Assembly: GCA_040219255.1 (NCBI GenBank)
Contig: JAVJSW010000046.1
Location: forward strand, 64,001-128,000
Source of the DNA: Sumerlaeia bacterium
Lineage (GTDB): Bacteria; Sumerlaeota; Sumerlaeia; SLMS01; JAHLLQ01
Length of the DNA: 64,000 nucleotides
Reading direction: 5' to 3'
In this document: in pieces, positions 38,062 to 48,400 of the stretch
Numbering within the stretch: the stretch's first letter is position 1
Layout: each line of letters begins with the position of its first letter
Program-made: the position numbers and the translations under genes
Notes under the pieces: model-generated
Told to the model about the DNA's origin: nothing
Seen by the model: only the letters and a program-made list of their open reading frames with translations
Databases searched by the model: none

Positions 38062-40107
38062 ATGTTGAAAAAGCACCATCGCTTCCGCGTTTTACTCTTT
38101 GGCTTCGCCTTCTGCGTCCTCACCGCCATGGTGATCGCTCGGTTGGCGAACCTCCAGATCGCCCGTCACGAGCAGTATCTCGAACGGGCCGATCGCCAGC
38201 AGAACAAGCGCGTGGTGGTGCAAGCTCAACGGGGCGATATCCTCGATCGGCGGGGGAGGCCGCTCGCCAACAGCGCGGGCACATTGTCCCTCTACACGGA
38301 CAATCGCTATCTGCGGCCTCCCCACGCCGACCTGGATCTTGGTGCTCTCGCCTATCAGATCAGCCATTACGCCGACCAGGACCCCGACTCCGTCCGGCGA
38401 CGGCTCGCCCGCGAGGGCGTCGTGCCCGTCGCTCGCCAACTCCCCCCGGAAAACGCGCACCAGATCGGCAACATCCTCGATGACTACGGCATCGATGGCC
38501 GCGGCTATTGGCTCCATCGCGAGAGCAAGCGTCTCTATCCGCGAGGCCTCGCGCCTCACATCATTGGCTTCTGCAGCACCGATGGCGATGGCGACAACAA
38601 GGGGCAGTCCGGCTTGGAACTCGTCTACAATGAGGTCATTCAAGGCCAGCGCATCGAGGCCCGCAGCCGCCGCACCGGCATCAGTCAGACCATGGACCCG
38701 GTCGAGTACGAGGACCTCTTGAGCGCTCAGGGCCACACGCTCCTTCTGACGATCGACTCCGCAATCCAGGAAACCGCTGAGAAGGCTCTCGCCCGCGCCT
38801 GCGAGGAATGGCAGGCGGACTCCGGCGGCGTCGTCGTCCAGGACGCCCGCACCGGCGGTATTCTGACCATGGCGTCCTGGCCGACATTCGACAACCAGGC
38901 CCCCGGCGGCGCCGAAGCCGATTTTCTCCGCAACCGCATGCTCACCGATCCGCTGGAAACGGGCTCGGTGGTGAAACTCTATACCGCCGCCATACTTCTC
39001 GACACGGACAAGATCCGCATCGACTCGCCGGTCGATTGCGAGGGCGGCCGGGCATACATCGACGGACGCCGCGTCAGCGATTCGCCTGGCCATTACCTCG
39101 ACACCGTTCCGTTCTACGAAGTGCTCCGCCACTCCAGCAACATCGGCATCATCAAGACCGCCCTCGCGCTGGAAAACGAGGAGTGGTATCGATACTTGCG
39201 CGACTTCGGCTTTGGCCAGAAAACGGGCATCGATCTCCCCGGCGAGGGTGCCGGCCTGCTTTACCACCCGGACCGCTGGACCAAGTTCAGCCGCACGTCC
39301 CTGCCGATGGGTTACGAGATCGCCCTGACACCGATTCAGATCACCAACGCCATCACGGCGCTGGTCAATGGTGGCGAAGTACTGGAACCGTATGTTGTCG
39401 CCGAAGTCCGCGACGCCCGCGGCAACGTCGTCGAACGCCAGTCCCGCACCGTCGTCCGCCGAGTCATCCGCCCCTCCACCAGCTTGCAGATGCGGTACGT
39501 CATGGAGGATGTCGTGGTGAATGGCACCGGCAAGAAAGCCCAAGTGCCAGGTTTTCGCGTCGGTGGTAAGACCGGCACCACGCGCAAGAGCCACGTTCTG
39601 ACCCACCGCGAGTACATCGCGTCCTTTGCCGGCGCCCTCCCCATCGACGATCCCCGGGTGACGATCTACTGCTACATCGATAATCCCAAGGGTGCCTACT
39701 ATGCCTCGACGGTGGCGGCGCCGCTCTTTCAGGAAGTGGCCCAGGCCAGCGTCGTCCACCTCGGACTGGTGCCCTCGGAAACGGGTGGCGAAAAGGCCGC
39801 GCCGGTGCTGGAGGAGTACTTCGGCAAGTCTACCAAGACGATGGCCAAACCGAAGACTCTCGACGATCTGCCCGATCCGACGGACATGCCCAACTTGACT
39901 GGCCTGACGATGGCGGCGGCGCGCAAGGAACTACCCCCCACCGCCCGCAACGTGCGATTCATGGGCTCCGGGCGCCTGGTCGATCAGGTTCCCGCCGCCG
40001 GAGAAAGTGTGTCCGAATCGACCATGGTGGTCTTGACATTCTCCCCGCCCGCCCCGGCTTATGCGGATGTTTCCCCCTCGAACGCGAAAGGCCGCTCCCG
40101 CCGATGA
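38062..40107 (+). CDS. ftsI: Class B penicillin-binding protein FtsI (PBP3) with C-terminal PASTA-like domain
   Basis: N-terminal TM, RGDILDRRG, R.YP.G, GLEL.YN, LTIDS.IQ, SVVK / SSN / KTG catalytic motifs, MPNLTGLT PASTA-like start. Confidence 0.93.
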   Translation: MLKKHHRFRVLLFGFAFCVLTAMVIARLANLQIARHEQYLERADRQQNKRVVVQAQRGDILDRRGRPLANSAGTLSLYTDNRYLRPPHADLDLGALAYQISHYADQDPDSVRRRLAREGVVPVARQLPPENAHQIGNILDDYGIDGRGYWLHRESKRLYPRGLAPHIIGFCSTDGDGDNKGQSGLELVYNEVIQGQRIEARSRRTGISQTMDPVEYEDLLSAQGHTLLLTIDSAIQETAEKALARACEEWQADSGGVVVQDARTGGILTMASWPTFDNQAPGGAEADFLRNRMLTDPLETGSVVKLYTAAILLDTDKIRIDSPVDCEGGRAYIDGRRVSDSPGHYLDTVPFYEVLRHSSNIGIIKTALALENEEWYRYLRDFGFGQKTGIDLPGEGAGLLYHPDRWTKFSRTSLPMGYEIALTPIQITNAITALVNGGEVLEPYVVAEVRDARGNVVERQSRTVVRRVIRPSTSLQMRYVMEDVVVNGTGKKAQVPGFRVGGKTGTTRKSHVLTHREYIASFAGALPIDDPRVTIYCYIDNPKGAYYASTVAAPLFQEVAQASVVHLGLVPSETGGEKAAPVLEEYFGKSTKTMAKPKTLDDLPDPTDMPNLTGLTMAAARKELPPTARNVRFMGSGRLVDQVPAAGESVSESTMVVLTFSPPAPAYADVSPSNAKGRSRR

Positions 40108-41693
40108 CCCCGCCGCCGTCCCCGCTCACGCCGCCCCAAAGCCTCCGCCGCCTCCTCACCGAAGCCAACCTGATGGTCGAGGACCTCACCGGCGATGCCG
40201 ATGTCCCGGTCACCGACCTGACCCATCGCGCCCAGCAAACGCAGCGCGGAGGGCTCTTCATCGCCATCAAGGGCCACAGCGCCGACGGGCACCTGATGAT
40301 CTCGGACGCGGTGCAGCGCGGTGCCCGATCGATCGTCACGGAGCGCGCCATTCCTCCCTATCCGGGCGTGACCGTCGTTCAGGTCAAGGATACACGGCAA
40401 GCCCTCGGGCGCCTGGCACAAGCCTTTCACGGCCATCCCTCCCGCGGCATGACCATCGCCGGCGTCACCGGCACCAACGGCAAGAGCACCGTCGTCGGCC
40501 TGATCCACACGATCTGGGAGAGCGCGGGCCTGAAGGCCGGGCGCGCCGGGACCCTTGGCACGGCGTGGGGCGAAAAGGATTTCGACCACGGCACCACGAC
40601 ACCCGACGCTTTGTTCCTGGCGCAAAGTATGGCCGCCATGGCCGCCGAGGGCGTCACCCATCTGGCCATGGAAGTCAGCAGCCACGCCATCGACCAGGCT
40701 CGCGTCGCGGGCGTTCCGATGCACGCCGGCGTCTTTACCAACATCAGCCAGGACCACCTCGATTACCACGGCGATTTCCCCACCTACATCGGGGTCAAGC
40801 GCCGCCTGTTCTTCGATTACGTCGAGCCTTCCGGCGGCGTGTCGGTCCTCAATATCGAGGACCCGGTGGGGGAGGAACTGGCCTTCAGTCTGCCGGGCCG
40901 GCGGATGACCTTCAGCCATCGCGACAACAACAGCGCCGCCGATCTGCGCGCCGAAAACGTCTTCATGAGCCCCGGTGGCACACGCTTCACGCTCCATCGC
41001 CGCCTGCCAAACGGCAAAGTGGAAACCGCCCAGGTGGCGACCAGCCTGATCGGCGAGTTCAACGTCAGCAACATGCTCGCCGCCGCCGGAGCCTGTCTGG
41101 GCCTGGGAATGGAACTGCCGCGGATCGCGAAGGGGCTCTCGCAAGCTCGCTGTGTCGCCGGGCGCTTCGAGCAAGTCCATGAAGGCCAGCCCTTCAGTGT
41201 GATCGTCGATTACGCCCACACGCCGGACGCGCTCGAGAAGGTTCTCCGGACCGCCCGCCGCATCACCGCCGGGCGCCTGATCACCGTGTTCGGCTGCGGC
41301 GGCGACCGCGACCGCTCGAAGCGCCCCCTGATGGGCCGGACGGCGGCCCGCTATTCCGATTACGTGATCCTGACCAGCGACAACCCCCGCACGGAAGATC
41401 CGGAAGAAATCGCCCGCCAGGCACTCGCCGGTCTGCAAGCGGAAGCCGAACGGCCGGGCCGCTATCAGGTCGTCCTGGACCGCGCCAACGCGATCGAACG
41501 CGCCATCCAACTCGCCCAGCCCGGTGACTGCGTCATGATCGCTGGCAAGGGTCACGAAACCTATCAGCAAATCGGCACCACCCGCCATCCCTTCGACGAC
41601 CGCCAGGCCGCCCGCGACATCCTGCAATCTTTGGCCGATTCCTGGCGCACCGCACCGCGTTCGTCCTGGCGCCCCGAGGAGGCGACGGGATAA
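40104..41693 (+). CDS. murE: UDP-MurNAc-Ala-Glu:meso-diaminopimelate ligase
   Basis: GVTGTNGKST, TTPD, MEVSSH, FTNISQDHLDYH, DYAHTPDAL, FGCGGDRDRSKR, DNPR (meso-DAP motif), AGKGHE. Confidence 0.96.
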   Translation: MTPPPSPLTPPQSLRRLLTEANLMVEDLTGDADVPVTDLTHRAQQTQRGGLFIAIKGHSADGHLMISDAVQRGARSIVTERAIPPYPGVTVVQVKDTRQALGRLAQAFHGHPSRGMTIAGVTGTNGKSTVVGLIHTIWESAGLKAGRAGTLGTAWGEKDFDHGTTTPDALFLAQSMAAMAAEGVTHLAMEVSSHAIDQARVAGVPMHAGVFTNISQDHLDYHGDFPTYIGVKRRLFFDYVEPSGGVSVLNIEDPVGEELAFSLPGRRMTFSHRDNNSAADLRAENVFMSPGGTRFTLHRRLPNGKVETAQVATSLIGEFNVSNMLAAAGACLGLGMELPRIAKGLSQARCVAGRFEQVHEGQPFSVIVDYAHTPDALEKVLRTARRITAGRLITVFGCGGDRDRSKRPLMGRTAARYSDYVILTSDNPRTEDPEEIARQALAGLQAEAERPGRYQVVLDRANAIERAIQLAQPGDCVMIAGKGHETYQQIGTTRHPFDDRQAARDILQSLADSWRTAPRSSWRPEEATG

Positions 41694-43123
41694 TGGAGAA
41701 CTGGGCCTTCGATCTGACCCTGGCGGAAGCCGCCGAAGCCACCCGGGGCCGCATCCTGGCGGGGGACCCTTATTTGCGGCTGGGCGAGATCGGCACCGAT
41801 ACGCGCACTCTCGCCGCCGGCCAGACCTACCTGCCGATCGTGGGCGAGAATTTCGACGGCCACGATTTCTTGCCCCAAGCCGTGGCCGCCGGGGCCAACG
41901 CTCTGATCGCCCAGCACCCGCCCAACGATCCGCCATCACACATCGCCGTCCTCCAGGTCGAAGACACCACCCGGGCCTACGGTCACATCGCCCGCGCCCA
42001 TCGCCGGAAAATGGGAACGAGAATGCTGGCCCTGTCCGGCTCGAGCGGTAAAACTACCACTAAAGAAATGATGGCTTCCGTCCTGCGCCAGGAGGGGGAA
42101 GTGCTCGCCACGGAAGGTAACCTGAACAACCACATCGGCGTTCCGCGCACGCTGCTGCGCCTGACTCCGGATCACGATTTCGCCGTCATCGAGACCGGCA
42201 TGAACCACGCCGGTGAGTTGAACTGGCTGGTCGAGGTCGCCGAGCCGCACGCTGGCCTCCTGACCCACGTCGGCGACGCTCACATCGGAAACTTCGGCGG
42301 CTCGCGAGAAGGTATCGCTGCCGCCAAGGCGGAATTGATCCACGGCCTGCCCGCCGGGGCCCCCGCCATCCTGAACGCCGACTGCCCCTACGGCGTCCGC
42401 CTCGCGAACGAAATCGCCGGGCGCCGGGACGTGATTTTGTTCGGCGAGTCGCCAAGTACCGACGTCCGCGCGGCTAACATCGCGGCCCTCGCCGATGGCC
42501 GGGGCTATCGATTCGACCTGCAAATCGAGGGCGAATCGGCCCCCGTGGAACTGCAAGTCTTCGGCCTCTATCAAGTCAGCAACGCCCTCGCCGCCGCCGC
42601 CGGTTGCCATTGGTTCGGCCTCGGCGCCGATACCATCGCCCACGGGCTGAGCCGCTTCGCCGCCCCCAAAATGCGTTCCGAACGCGAAGTCATCGCCGGC
42701 GTTACCGTCATCGCCGATTGCTACAACGCCTCGCCGAGCGCCACCCGCGCCGCGATGAAGAGCTTCGCCACTCTCCCCGTCGAGGGCCGCCGCGTTTTGC
42801 TCCTCGGGGATCTGTTCGAACTCGGCGACGCCGCCGAGGAGCATCACCGCCAACTCGGCCGCGACGCCGCCGCGCTGCACTTCGACCGCTTCGTGTGCTA
42901 CGGCCCTCAGGCCCGGTGGATGGCGGAAAGCGCTCTGGCCGACGGGCTGCCCACCGATCATTTCCTCGACCCGGCGCTCGCGGCCCATCGGCTGCGCGAA
43001 CTTCTCGCCCCCGGCGACGCGCTGCTCGCCAAGGGCTCCCGCGGCGCCCGCCTCGAACGTGTTCTGGAAGAATACCGCGGACTCGTACAGCCTCCGCCCG
43101 CACCGGCGGAGGCCCACTCGTGA
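41693..43123 (+). CDS. murF: UDP-MurNAc-tripeptide:D-Ala-D-Ala ligase
   Basis: TDTR, GENFDGHDF, GSSGKTTTKEM, NLNNHIGVP, GMNHAGE, DCYNASP, LGDLFELG, KGSRG. Confidence 0.95.
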   Translation: MENWAFDLTLAEAAEATRGRILAGDPYLRLGEIGTDTRTLAAGQTYLPIVGENFDGHDFLPQAVAAGANALIAQHPPNDPPSHIAVLQVEDTTRAYGHIARAHRRKMGTRMLALSGSSGKTTTKEMMASVLRQEGEVLATEGNLNNHIGVPRTLLRLTPDHDFAVIETGMNHAGELNWLVEVAEPHAGLLTHVGDAHIGNFGGSREGIAAAKAELIHGLPAGAPAILNADCPYGVRLANEIAGRRDVILFGESPSTDVRAANIAALADGRGYRFDLQIEGESAPVELQVFGLYQVSNALAAAAGCHWFGLGADTIAHGLSRFAAPKMRSEREVIAGVTVIADCYNASPSATRAAMKSFATLPVEGRRVLLLGDLFELGDAAEEHHRQLGRDAAALHFDRFVCYGPQARWMAESALADGLPTDHFLDPALAAHRLRELLAPGDALLAKGSRGARLERVLEEYRGLVQPPPAPAEAHS

Positions 43124-44253
43124 TTCCCTGGCTCGCCGACGTTCTCGGTTCCGAAAGCGACTCGTTTTTTCGAATCGGAACCTATATCACCGTGCGCTTC
43201 GCCGCGGCTCTTTTTACGGCTTTTCTCCTCTGTCTGCTCTTCGGGCCATGGGCGATCGCCGGCTTGCGACGTTTGAAGTTCGGCCAACCAGTTCGCGACT
43301 CGCAGGGCGAAAACGCCGTCAGCCTCCTCGACATGCATGCTTCCAAGGTCGGCACCCCCACCATGGGCGGCTTGCTGATGGTGGCTGCGATGCTGGTGGC
43401 CGTGCTTTTCTTTGGCGACTTGCGATCCCCGGCCCTCCTGCTCGGGCTCTTCGCGGCGGTCGGTTATGGCGCCATCGGGTTCGCCGACGACTGGCTCAAG
43501 GTCAGCAAGAAGAACTTCGCCGGACTCTCCGCCCGGGGCAAACTCCTGGCCCAGGGCGCCATCGGTCTCGTCTTCGGCGCCATTTGCGTTTATCTCCTGA
43601 CCGGGAACACTGTTTACGAACACGGTCAGACCGGCGGGGGAGACCTCGTCGCCCTTCCTTTCTTTAAAGACGCTTTTTTTCGCCTCGGAATCCTCTATTT
43701 GCCCTTCGCCGCCTTTGTCTTAATGGCGACCAGCAACGCCGTTAACTTGACCGACGGATTGGACGGCCTCGCCTCCGGCGTGACTCTCACGGTGGCCCTC
43801 AGCCTCGCCGTCGCGGCGTACCTGGTGGGCCGCGTCGACGCCAGCGCCTACCTCCTCATTCCCCACGTCGAAGGCGCCGGCGAATTGAGCGTCCTCCTCG
43901 CCGCGCTTTCCGGAGCCTGTCTCGGTTTTCTCTGGTTCAACGCCCCCCCGGCGAAAGTCTTCATGGGCGATACCGGATCGATGATGATCGGCGGACTTCT
44001 GGGTGCCGTGGCGCTTCTCATCAAGCAGGAGTTCCTCCTCGTCGTGGCGGGCGGGGTGTTCGTGGCGGAAGCGCTCAGCGTGATGATTCAGGTGAGCAGT
44101 TATAAACTCCGGAAGAAGCGGGTTTTTCTGATGTCGCCTTTGCATCACCACTACGAAAAGCTGGGGATCGCGGAGTCGCAAATAATTGTGCGTTTTTGGA
44201 TCATTTCCCTCTTGCTCTCGCTCGCTGCATTAAGCATTCTCAAGTTACGATAA
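43120..44253 (+). CDS. mraY: Phospho-N-acetylmuramoyl-pentapeptide transferase
   Basis: K.GTPTMGG, GFADDWLK, NAVNLTDGLDGLA, FLWFNAPPAKVFMGDTGS, MSPLHHHYE; GTG start overlapping the murF stop. Confidence 0.96.
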   Translation: MIPWLADVLGSESDSFFRIGTYITVRFAAALFTAFLLCLLFGPWAIAGLRRLKFGQPVRDSQGENAVSLLDMHASKVGTPTMGGLLMVAAMLVAVLFFGDLRSPALLLGLFAAVGYGAIGFADDWLKVSKKNFAGLSARGKLLAQGAIGLVFGAICVYLLTGNTVYEHGQTGGGDLVALPFFKDAFFRLGILYLPFAAFVLMATSNAVNLTDGLDGLASGVTLTVALSLAVAAYLVGRVDASAYLLIPHVEGAGELSVLLAALSGACLGFLWFNAPPAKVFMGDTGSMMIGGLLGAVALLIKQEFLLVVAGGVFVAEALSVMIQVSSYKLRKKRVFLMSPLHHHYEKLGIAESQIIVRFWIISLLLSLAALSILKLR

Positions 44254-44472
44254 GGCGTTTGATAGCGCGAAATTCCGCCCCGCGAGGAGGTGCCGTCTTC
44301 TTTTTCGTTCGACATACCGGCCGAGTCCTTCCCCTCGACCGCATCCAAGCCCACTGAAACCGTTACCGTTCCACCCGCTGTTTCGTTCCGATCCGCTGAA
44401 CTCCCTGTTCGTTTCTCGAGCTGCCTTCGAGAAACCGCTCCCTTTCCTGATACGCTCCCGGAGGTCCCTCTC

Positions 44473-45864
44473 ATGCTGTCCCTGTCCCTGTCTCAACGAC
44501 CCAAGTTCCCCTACCAACGCGTCTGCGTCTTCGGTGCCGCCCGCTCTGGCGTCGGTGCCATGGCTCTTCTCCGCCACCACGGAATCGAAGTCGTCCTCTG
44601 CGACGAAAAACCGGCCATGGAGTTCCGCTCCCTCATCCGCCGGCTCCGCCGCTCCTACGTCACCTTCTACTTCGGCAACATCGACGCCTCCGTCCTCGAC
44701 GGATGCGACGCCCTCGTCACCAGCCCCGGCATCCCGCTCGAGCACTGGCTGAACCAGGAAGCCCTCAACCGCCACATTCCGATCATCTCGGAAGTCGAAC
44801 TCGCCTCCTATTACGCCGGCTCGCCCATCTGCGCCATCACCGGCACCAACGGCAAGACGACGACCACGACCCTGACTGGCCAGATCATGGCCGACGCGGG
44901 CCACAACGCCGTGGTCAGCGGCAACATCGGCCGCGCCTTCTCCGATGGCGTTCTCGCCAGCCAGGACCAGAGCCGCGACACGCTTCTGATCACCGAAGTC
45001 TCCAGCTTCCAGCTCGAGTGCGTCGAAATCTTCCACCCCCACGTCGCCACGATCCTCAATTTCAGCCGCGCCCACGAAGACCGCTACCCCGACATGCGCG
45101 ACTACGTGGAAGCAAAATATCGCATCACCACGAACCAGGACGAGAACGATTTCCTGGTGCTGAACGCCGACGATCCGCTGTGCGTGCGCCTGGCCGAGGA
45201 CTCCTGCGCCCAGGTCTTCTGGTTCTCCATGAAGAAGCCCGTCGAACGCGGCGCCTACGTCGATGGCGAGACGATCTATCTCGTCGAAGACGGCCAGAAA
45301 ATCCCCATGTGCACCGTGAAGGACGTTCCCATTCCCGGCACCCACAACATCGAAAACACCCTGGCCGCCGTCGTCATGGCGCGCCGCATGGGCGCCGAGG
45401 TGGACAGCATCCTGCGCACCCTGCGCAAGTTCAAAGGCGTCGAACACCGCTGCGAATACGTCGGTAAGAGCAAGGACGGCGTGCTGTTCTACAACGACAG
45501 CAAGGCGACCAACATCGACAGCCTGGAGAAAGCCCTCCTGTCCTTCGACAAGCCCATCGTGCTCGTCGCCGGCGGCATGGAGCGCAACGCGGGCTATGAG
45601 CGCCTGTCGTCCCTGATCCGCGACAAGGTCAAGAAAGTCGTCCTCATCGGCGAAGTGGCCCCCAAGATCCAGAAATCCTGGGGCTCCATCGTGGAATGCG
45701 AACTGGCCAAAGGAATGGACGATGCCGTGAAGCGCGCTTCCGCTTCCGCCAAGGAAGGCGATATCGTGCTCTTGTCGCCCGCCGCCCCTAGCTGGGATAT
45801 GTATAAGTCGTACGAGGAGCGGGGAAAGGAATATAAGAAGTACGTCCGCGCCGTTCTTCGTTGA
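44473..45864 (+). CDS. murD: UDP-MurNAc-Ala:D-glutamate ligase
   Basis: GAARSG, SPGIP, ITGTNGKTTTT, GNIG, EVSSFQLE, EHRCE, YNDSKATN, LLSPAAPSWDMY.SYEERG. Confidence 0.95.
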   Translation: MLSLSLSQRPKFPYQRVCVFGAARSGVGAMALLRHHGIEVVLCDEKPAMEFRSLIRRLRRSYVTFYFGNIDASVLDGCDALVTSPGIPLEHWLNQEALNRHIPIISEVELASYYAGSPICAITGTNGKTTTTTLTGQIMADAGHNAVVSGNIGRAFSDGVLASQDQSRDTLLITEVSSFQLECVEIFHPHVATILNFSRAHEDRYPDMRDYVEAKYRITTNQDENDFLVLNADDPLCVRLAEDSCAQVFWFSMKKPVERGAYVDGETIYLVEDGQKIPMCTVKDVPIPGTHNIENTLAAVVMARRMGAEVDSILRTLRKFKGVEHRCEYVGKSKDGVLFYNDSKATNIDSLEKALLSFDKPIVLVAGGMERNAGYERLSSLIRDKVKKVVLIGEVAPKIQKSWGSIVECELAKGMDDAVKRASASAKEGDIVLLSPAAPSWDMYKSYEERGKEYKKYVRAVLR

Positions 45865-46022
45865 CATCGTGAAGCGTTGGGGGCGACCGGTTCGGTTGCT
45901 TCCCTTCTCGCCGATTGGCGGGCGGGTCGCCCCCAAACCTTTCCGCCGTTAAGGATCACTTCGTTCTCCCAGCGATTCGCTCTCCCCGTTCCCGCTTCCT
46001 TCCCGTCCCCGCTGAGGCCACC

Positions 46023-47210
46023 ATGCGTCTGCTCCCCGCCAACAGCACCGCGACCCTGATCGCCATTGTCACCGCCGCGCTCGTTTCTCTGGGCGTGGTG
46101 ATGGTTTATTCGGCCAGCGGCGCGCGGGCCGGGCTCGAGGAACGGCCCTCCGAATCGATCGTCGACGTCGAAACCGGCCTCTCCCACGAACGCGTTTATC
46201 ATCACAGTGCTTCCTACTTCGGCAAGCAGGTCTCCGGCGCCATCGTGGGCTTTCTTCTGCTCGTGGCGATCGTCCGCATGCCCCCGGAATGGATCGAACG
46301 CTCCGCTCCCTGGATCATGCTGGCGAGCCTCATCCTCATGGTACTGGTCGTGGCCACGCCCCTGGGCGTCACGGTCAAGGGCGCGAGGCGGTGGCTTCGC
46401 CTCGGGCCCATTGTTTTACAACCGGCCGAGTTCGCCAAGATCGGCCTGGTCGTCTTCATGGCTCACTTCCTGACCTCCCGGCGCGACCAAATCCAGGACT
46501 TCCTCCGCGGCTTCCTGCCCACCATGGCGATCTGGTGCGTTTTCGCCGGCCTGGTCGTGCTTCAGAAGGACCTCGGCACCATCATCCTCATGGGCGCCGT
46601 CATGCTCGGCATGTGGCTCATGGCCCGCATGCGCCTCAGCCACCTGGGCCTCCTGGTGGCCGCGTCGATCCCCGTGCTCATCTATCTGATCTTCCAGCAC
46701 ACCTACCGAATCAAACGCATCCTCGCCGTCTTCAACCCCGACGAGTACGCCATGACCTACGCCTACCAGCTCAACCAGTCGCTGATCGCCATCGGCAGCG
46801 GCGGGCTCTTTGGCCGGGGTCTCGGCGACGGGTTGCAGAAGTATCACTTCCTCAGCGAAGCCCACACCGACTTCATCTTCGCCATCGTGTGCGAAGAACT
46901 GGGCTTCATCGGCGCCGCCTCCGTCGTGCTGCTGTTCCTGGCGCTCGCGGTGCTCGGCTGCCGAGTGGCCTTCCGGGCGCCCGATTACTTTGGCAGCCTG
47001 GTGGCGGGGGGCCTGACGATGATGCTTTGCTGCGCGGCCTTTATCAACTTCTTCGTCGTCACCGGCATGGCGCCCACCAAAGGCCTCGCCCTTCCCTTTT
47101 TCACCTACGGCCGGTCGAGCATGATGGCCTCGTTGATCTCCATCGGGATCATTCTCAACATCGCCAACTACACGGCCATCAGCCGCGGGGGAGGGCGCGG
47201 GCCCTCATGA
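46023..47210 (+). CDS. ftsW: SEDS peptidoglycan polymerase FtsW
   Basis: GVVMVYSAS, GARRW, QPAEFAK, QKDLGT, YQLNQSLIAIGSGG, EAHTDFIFAIVCEELG, PTKGLALPFFTYG. Confidence 0.95.
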   Translation: MRLLPANSTATLIAIVTAALVSLGVVMVYSASGARAGLEERPSESIVDVETGLSHERVYHHSASYFGKQVSGAIVGFLLLVAIVRMPPEWIERSAPWIMLASLILMVLVVATPLGVTVKGARRWLRLGPIVLQPAEFAKIGLVVFMAHFLTSRRDQIQDFLRGFLPTMAIWCVFAGLVVLQKDLGTIILMGAVMLGMWLMARMRLSHLGLLVAASIPVLIYLIFQHTYRIKRILAVFNPDEYAMTYAYQLNQSLIAIGSGGLFGRGLGDGLQKYHFLSEAHTDFIFAIVCEELGFIGAASVVLLFLALAVLGCRVAFRAPDYFGSLVAGGLTMMLCCAAFINFFVVTGMAPTKGLALPFFTYGRSSMMASLISIGIILNIANYTAISRGGGRGPS

Positions 47211-48400
47211 CGGCGCGGGATTTGGGCAAGACCAGGCGAGCGAAGCCCCGCGTGCTGATCGCGGCGGGAGGAACCGGCGGCCATGTGGCGCCGGCTCTTG
47301 CCGTTGGCGCGGCCCTCGTCGAATTGGGCGCCGAAGTGCGCTACCTCTCTGGCAATCGCCGCGCTGAGTTGCAGACCTATAGCTCGGAGAAGGTGAAGCC
47401 GGAAATCCTCGATCTCGAAGCCGCACCCCGCCTTTCCTTCACCTCGATCAAAGACTGGCGTAAGCTCTGGAAAGCCATCGGCGCCTGCAAATCCCTCTTC
47501 GCGGACTGGCAGCCCACGGTCCTGCTGGCCATGGGCGGCTACGTCTGTGTGCCCGCCATCATGGCGGCCAAGAGGGCGAAGGTTCCTTACTTCCTCCACG
47601 AGTCCAACGCCATCCCGGGCCGCGTGACGCGGAAGTACGCCGAGGGCGCCGCGAACGTTTTCCTGGGTATGGAAGGCGCCGCCGGGCACCTCTCGGCCAA
47701 GGCCCTGACCCAGGTCACCGGCACGCCCATCCGCCCCAGCCTGCTACACCGAGACCGTGCGCTGGCCTGCCAAGAGCTGGAGTTCGATCCCGCGAAACCG
47801 ACCCTGCTGGTTGTCGGCGGCAGTCAAGGCGCCCTGAAGCTGAACGACAATTTCGCGCAGGCCATCCCCTACATCTCCCGCGCCTTCAAGCAGGATGGAG
47901 CCTATCAGATTCTGTGGGCGACGGGTCCAACGCACCTGCTCGAAATGCAGCGCATGACCCGCGAGGACGTCATGGACGCGCGCGTCACCCTCAAAATAAT
48001 GGGCTACATCGAGGACATGGCGAGCGCCTACGCGGCCGCCGATGTGATCGTCAGCCGCGCCGGAGCCAGCACTCTGGCGGAGACGACCACCCTCGGCAAA
48101 GCCATGATTCTCGTTCCTTACCCGCACGCGAAGGACGATCATCAGCTCGAGAACGCCCGATTCCTGGCCGCCCGAGGCGCCGCTCAGGTCATCGAAGAGC
48201 GCTCGCTGCGACCCAAAGCCTTCGCCGAAGAGATTCTGGAATTGCTCACCGGCGACGAGCGCCGCGCCGCCATGGCGCAGGCCGCGAGCGAGCTGGGCCA
48301 GCAGAAGGCGGCTGAGCTGATCGCCGAATCCCTCCTTTCCTTTTGTCACACCGACGCCACCGTGCCTGCCAAACCCCCGACCGGAGCCCCCGAATCGTGA
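47207..48400 (+). CDS. murG: Undecaprenyl-PP-MurNAc-pentapeptide GlcNAc transferase
   Basis: AAGGTGGHV, GGYV, HESNAIPG, GGSQGA, SRAGAST, PYPHA.DDHQ..NA; ATG 47207. Confidence 0.95.
   Translation: MTARDLGKTRRAKPRVLIAAGGTGGHVAPALAVGAALVELGAEVRYLSGNRRAELQTYSSEKVKPEILDLEAAPRLSFTSIKDWRKLWKAIGACKSLFADWQPTVLLAMGGYVCVPAIMAAKRAKVPYFLHESNAIPGRVTRKYAEGAANVFLGMEGAAGHLSAKALTQVTGTPIRPSLLHRDRALACQELEFDPAKPTLLVVGGSQGALKLNDNFAQAIPYISRAFKQDGAYQILWATGPTHLLEMQRMTREDVMDARVTLKIMGYIEDMASAYAAADVIVSRAGASTLAETTTLGKAMILVPYPHAKDDHQLENARFLAARGAAQVIEERSLRPKAFAEEILELLTGDERRAAMAQAASELGQQKAAELIAESLLSFCHTDATVPAKPPTGAPES

Noticed and set aside
45861-45890. TTGACA at the murD stop as an internal promoter
   Set aside because: No -10 element at 16-18 nt.
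47265-47290. GGTGG motif as an FtsZ tubulin signature
   Set aside because: It is the MurG GGTGGH loop.
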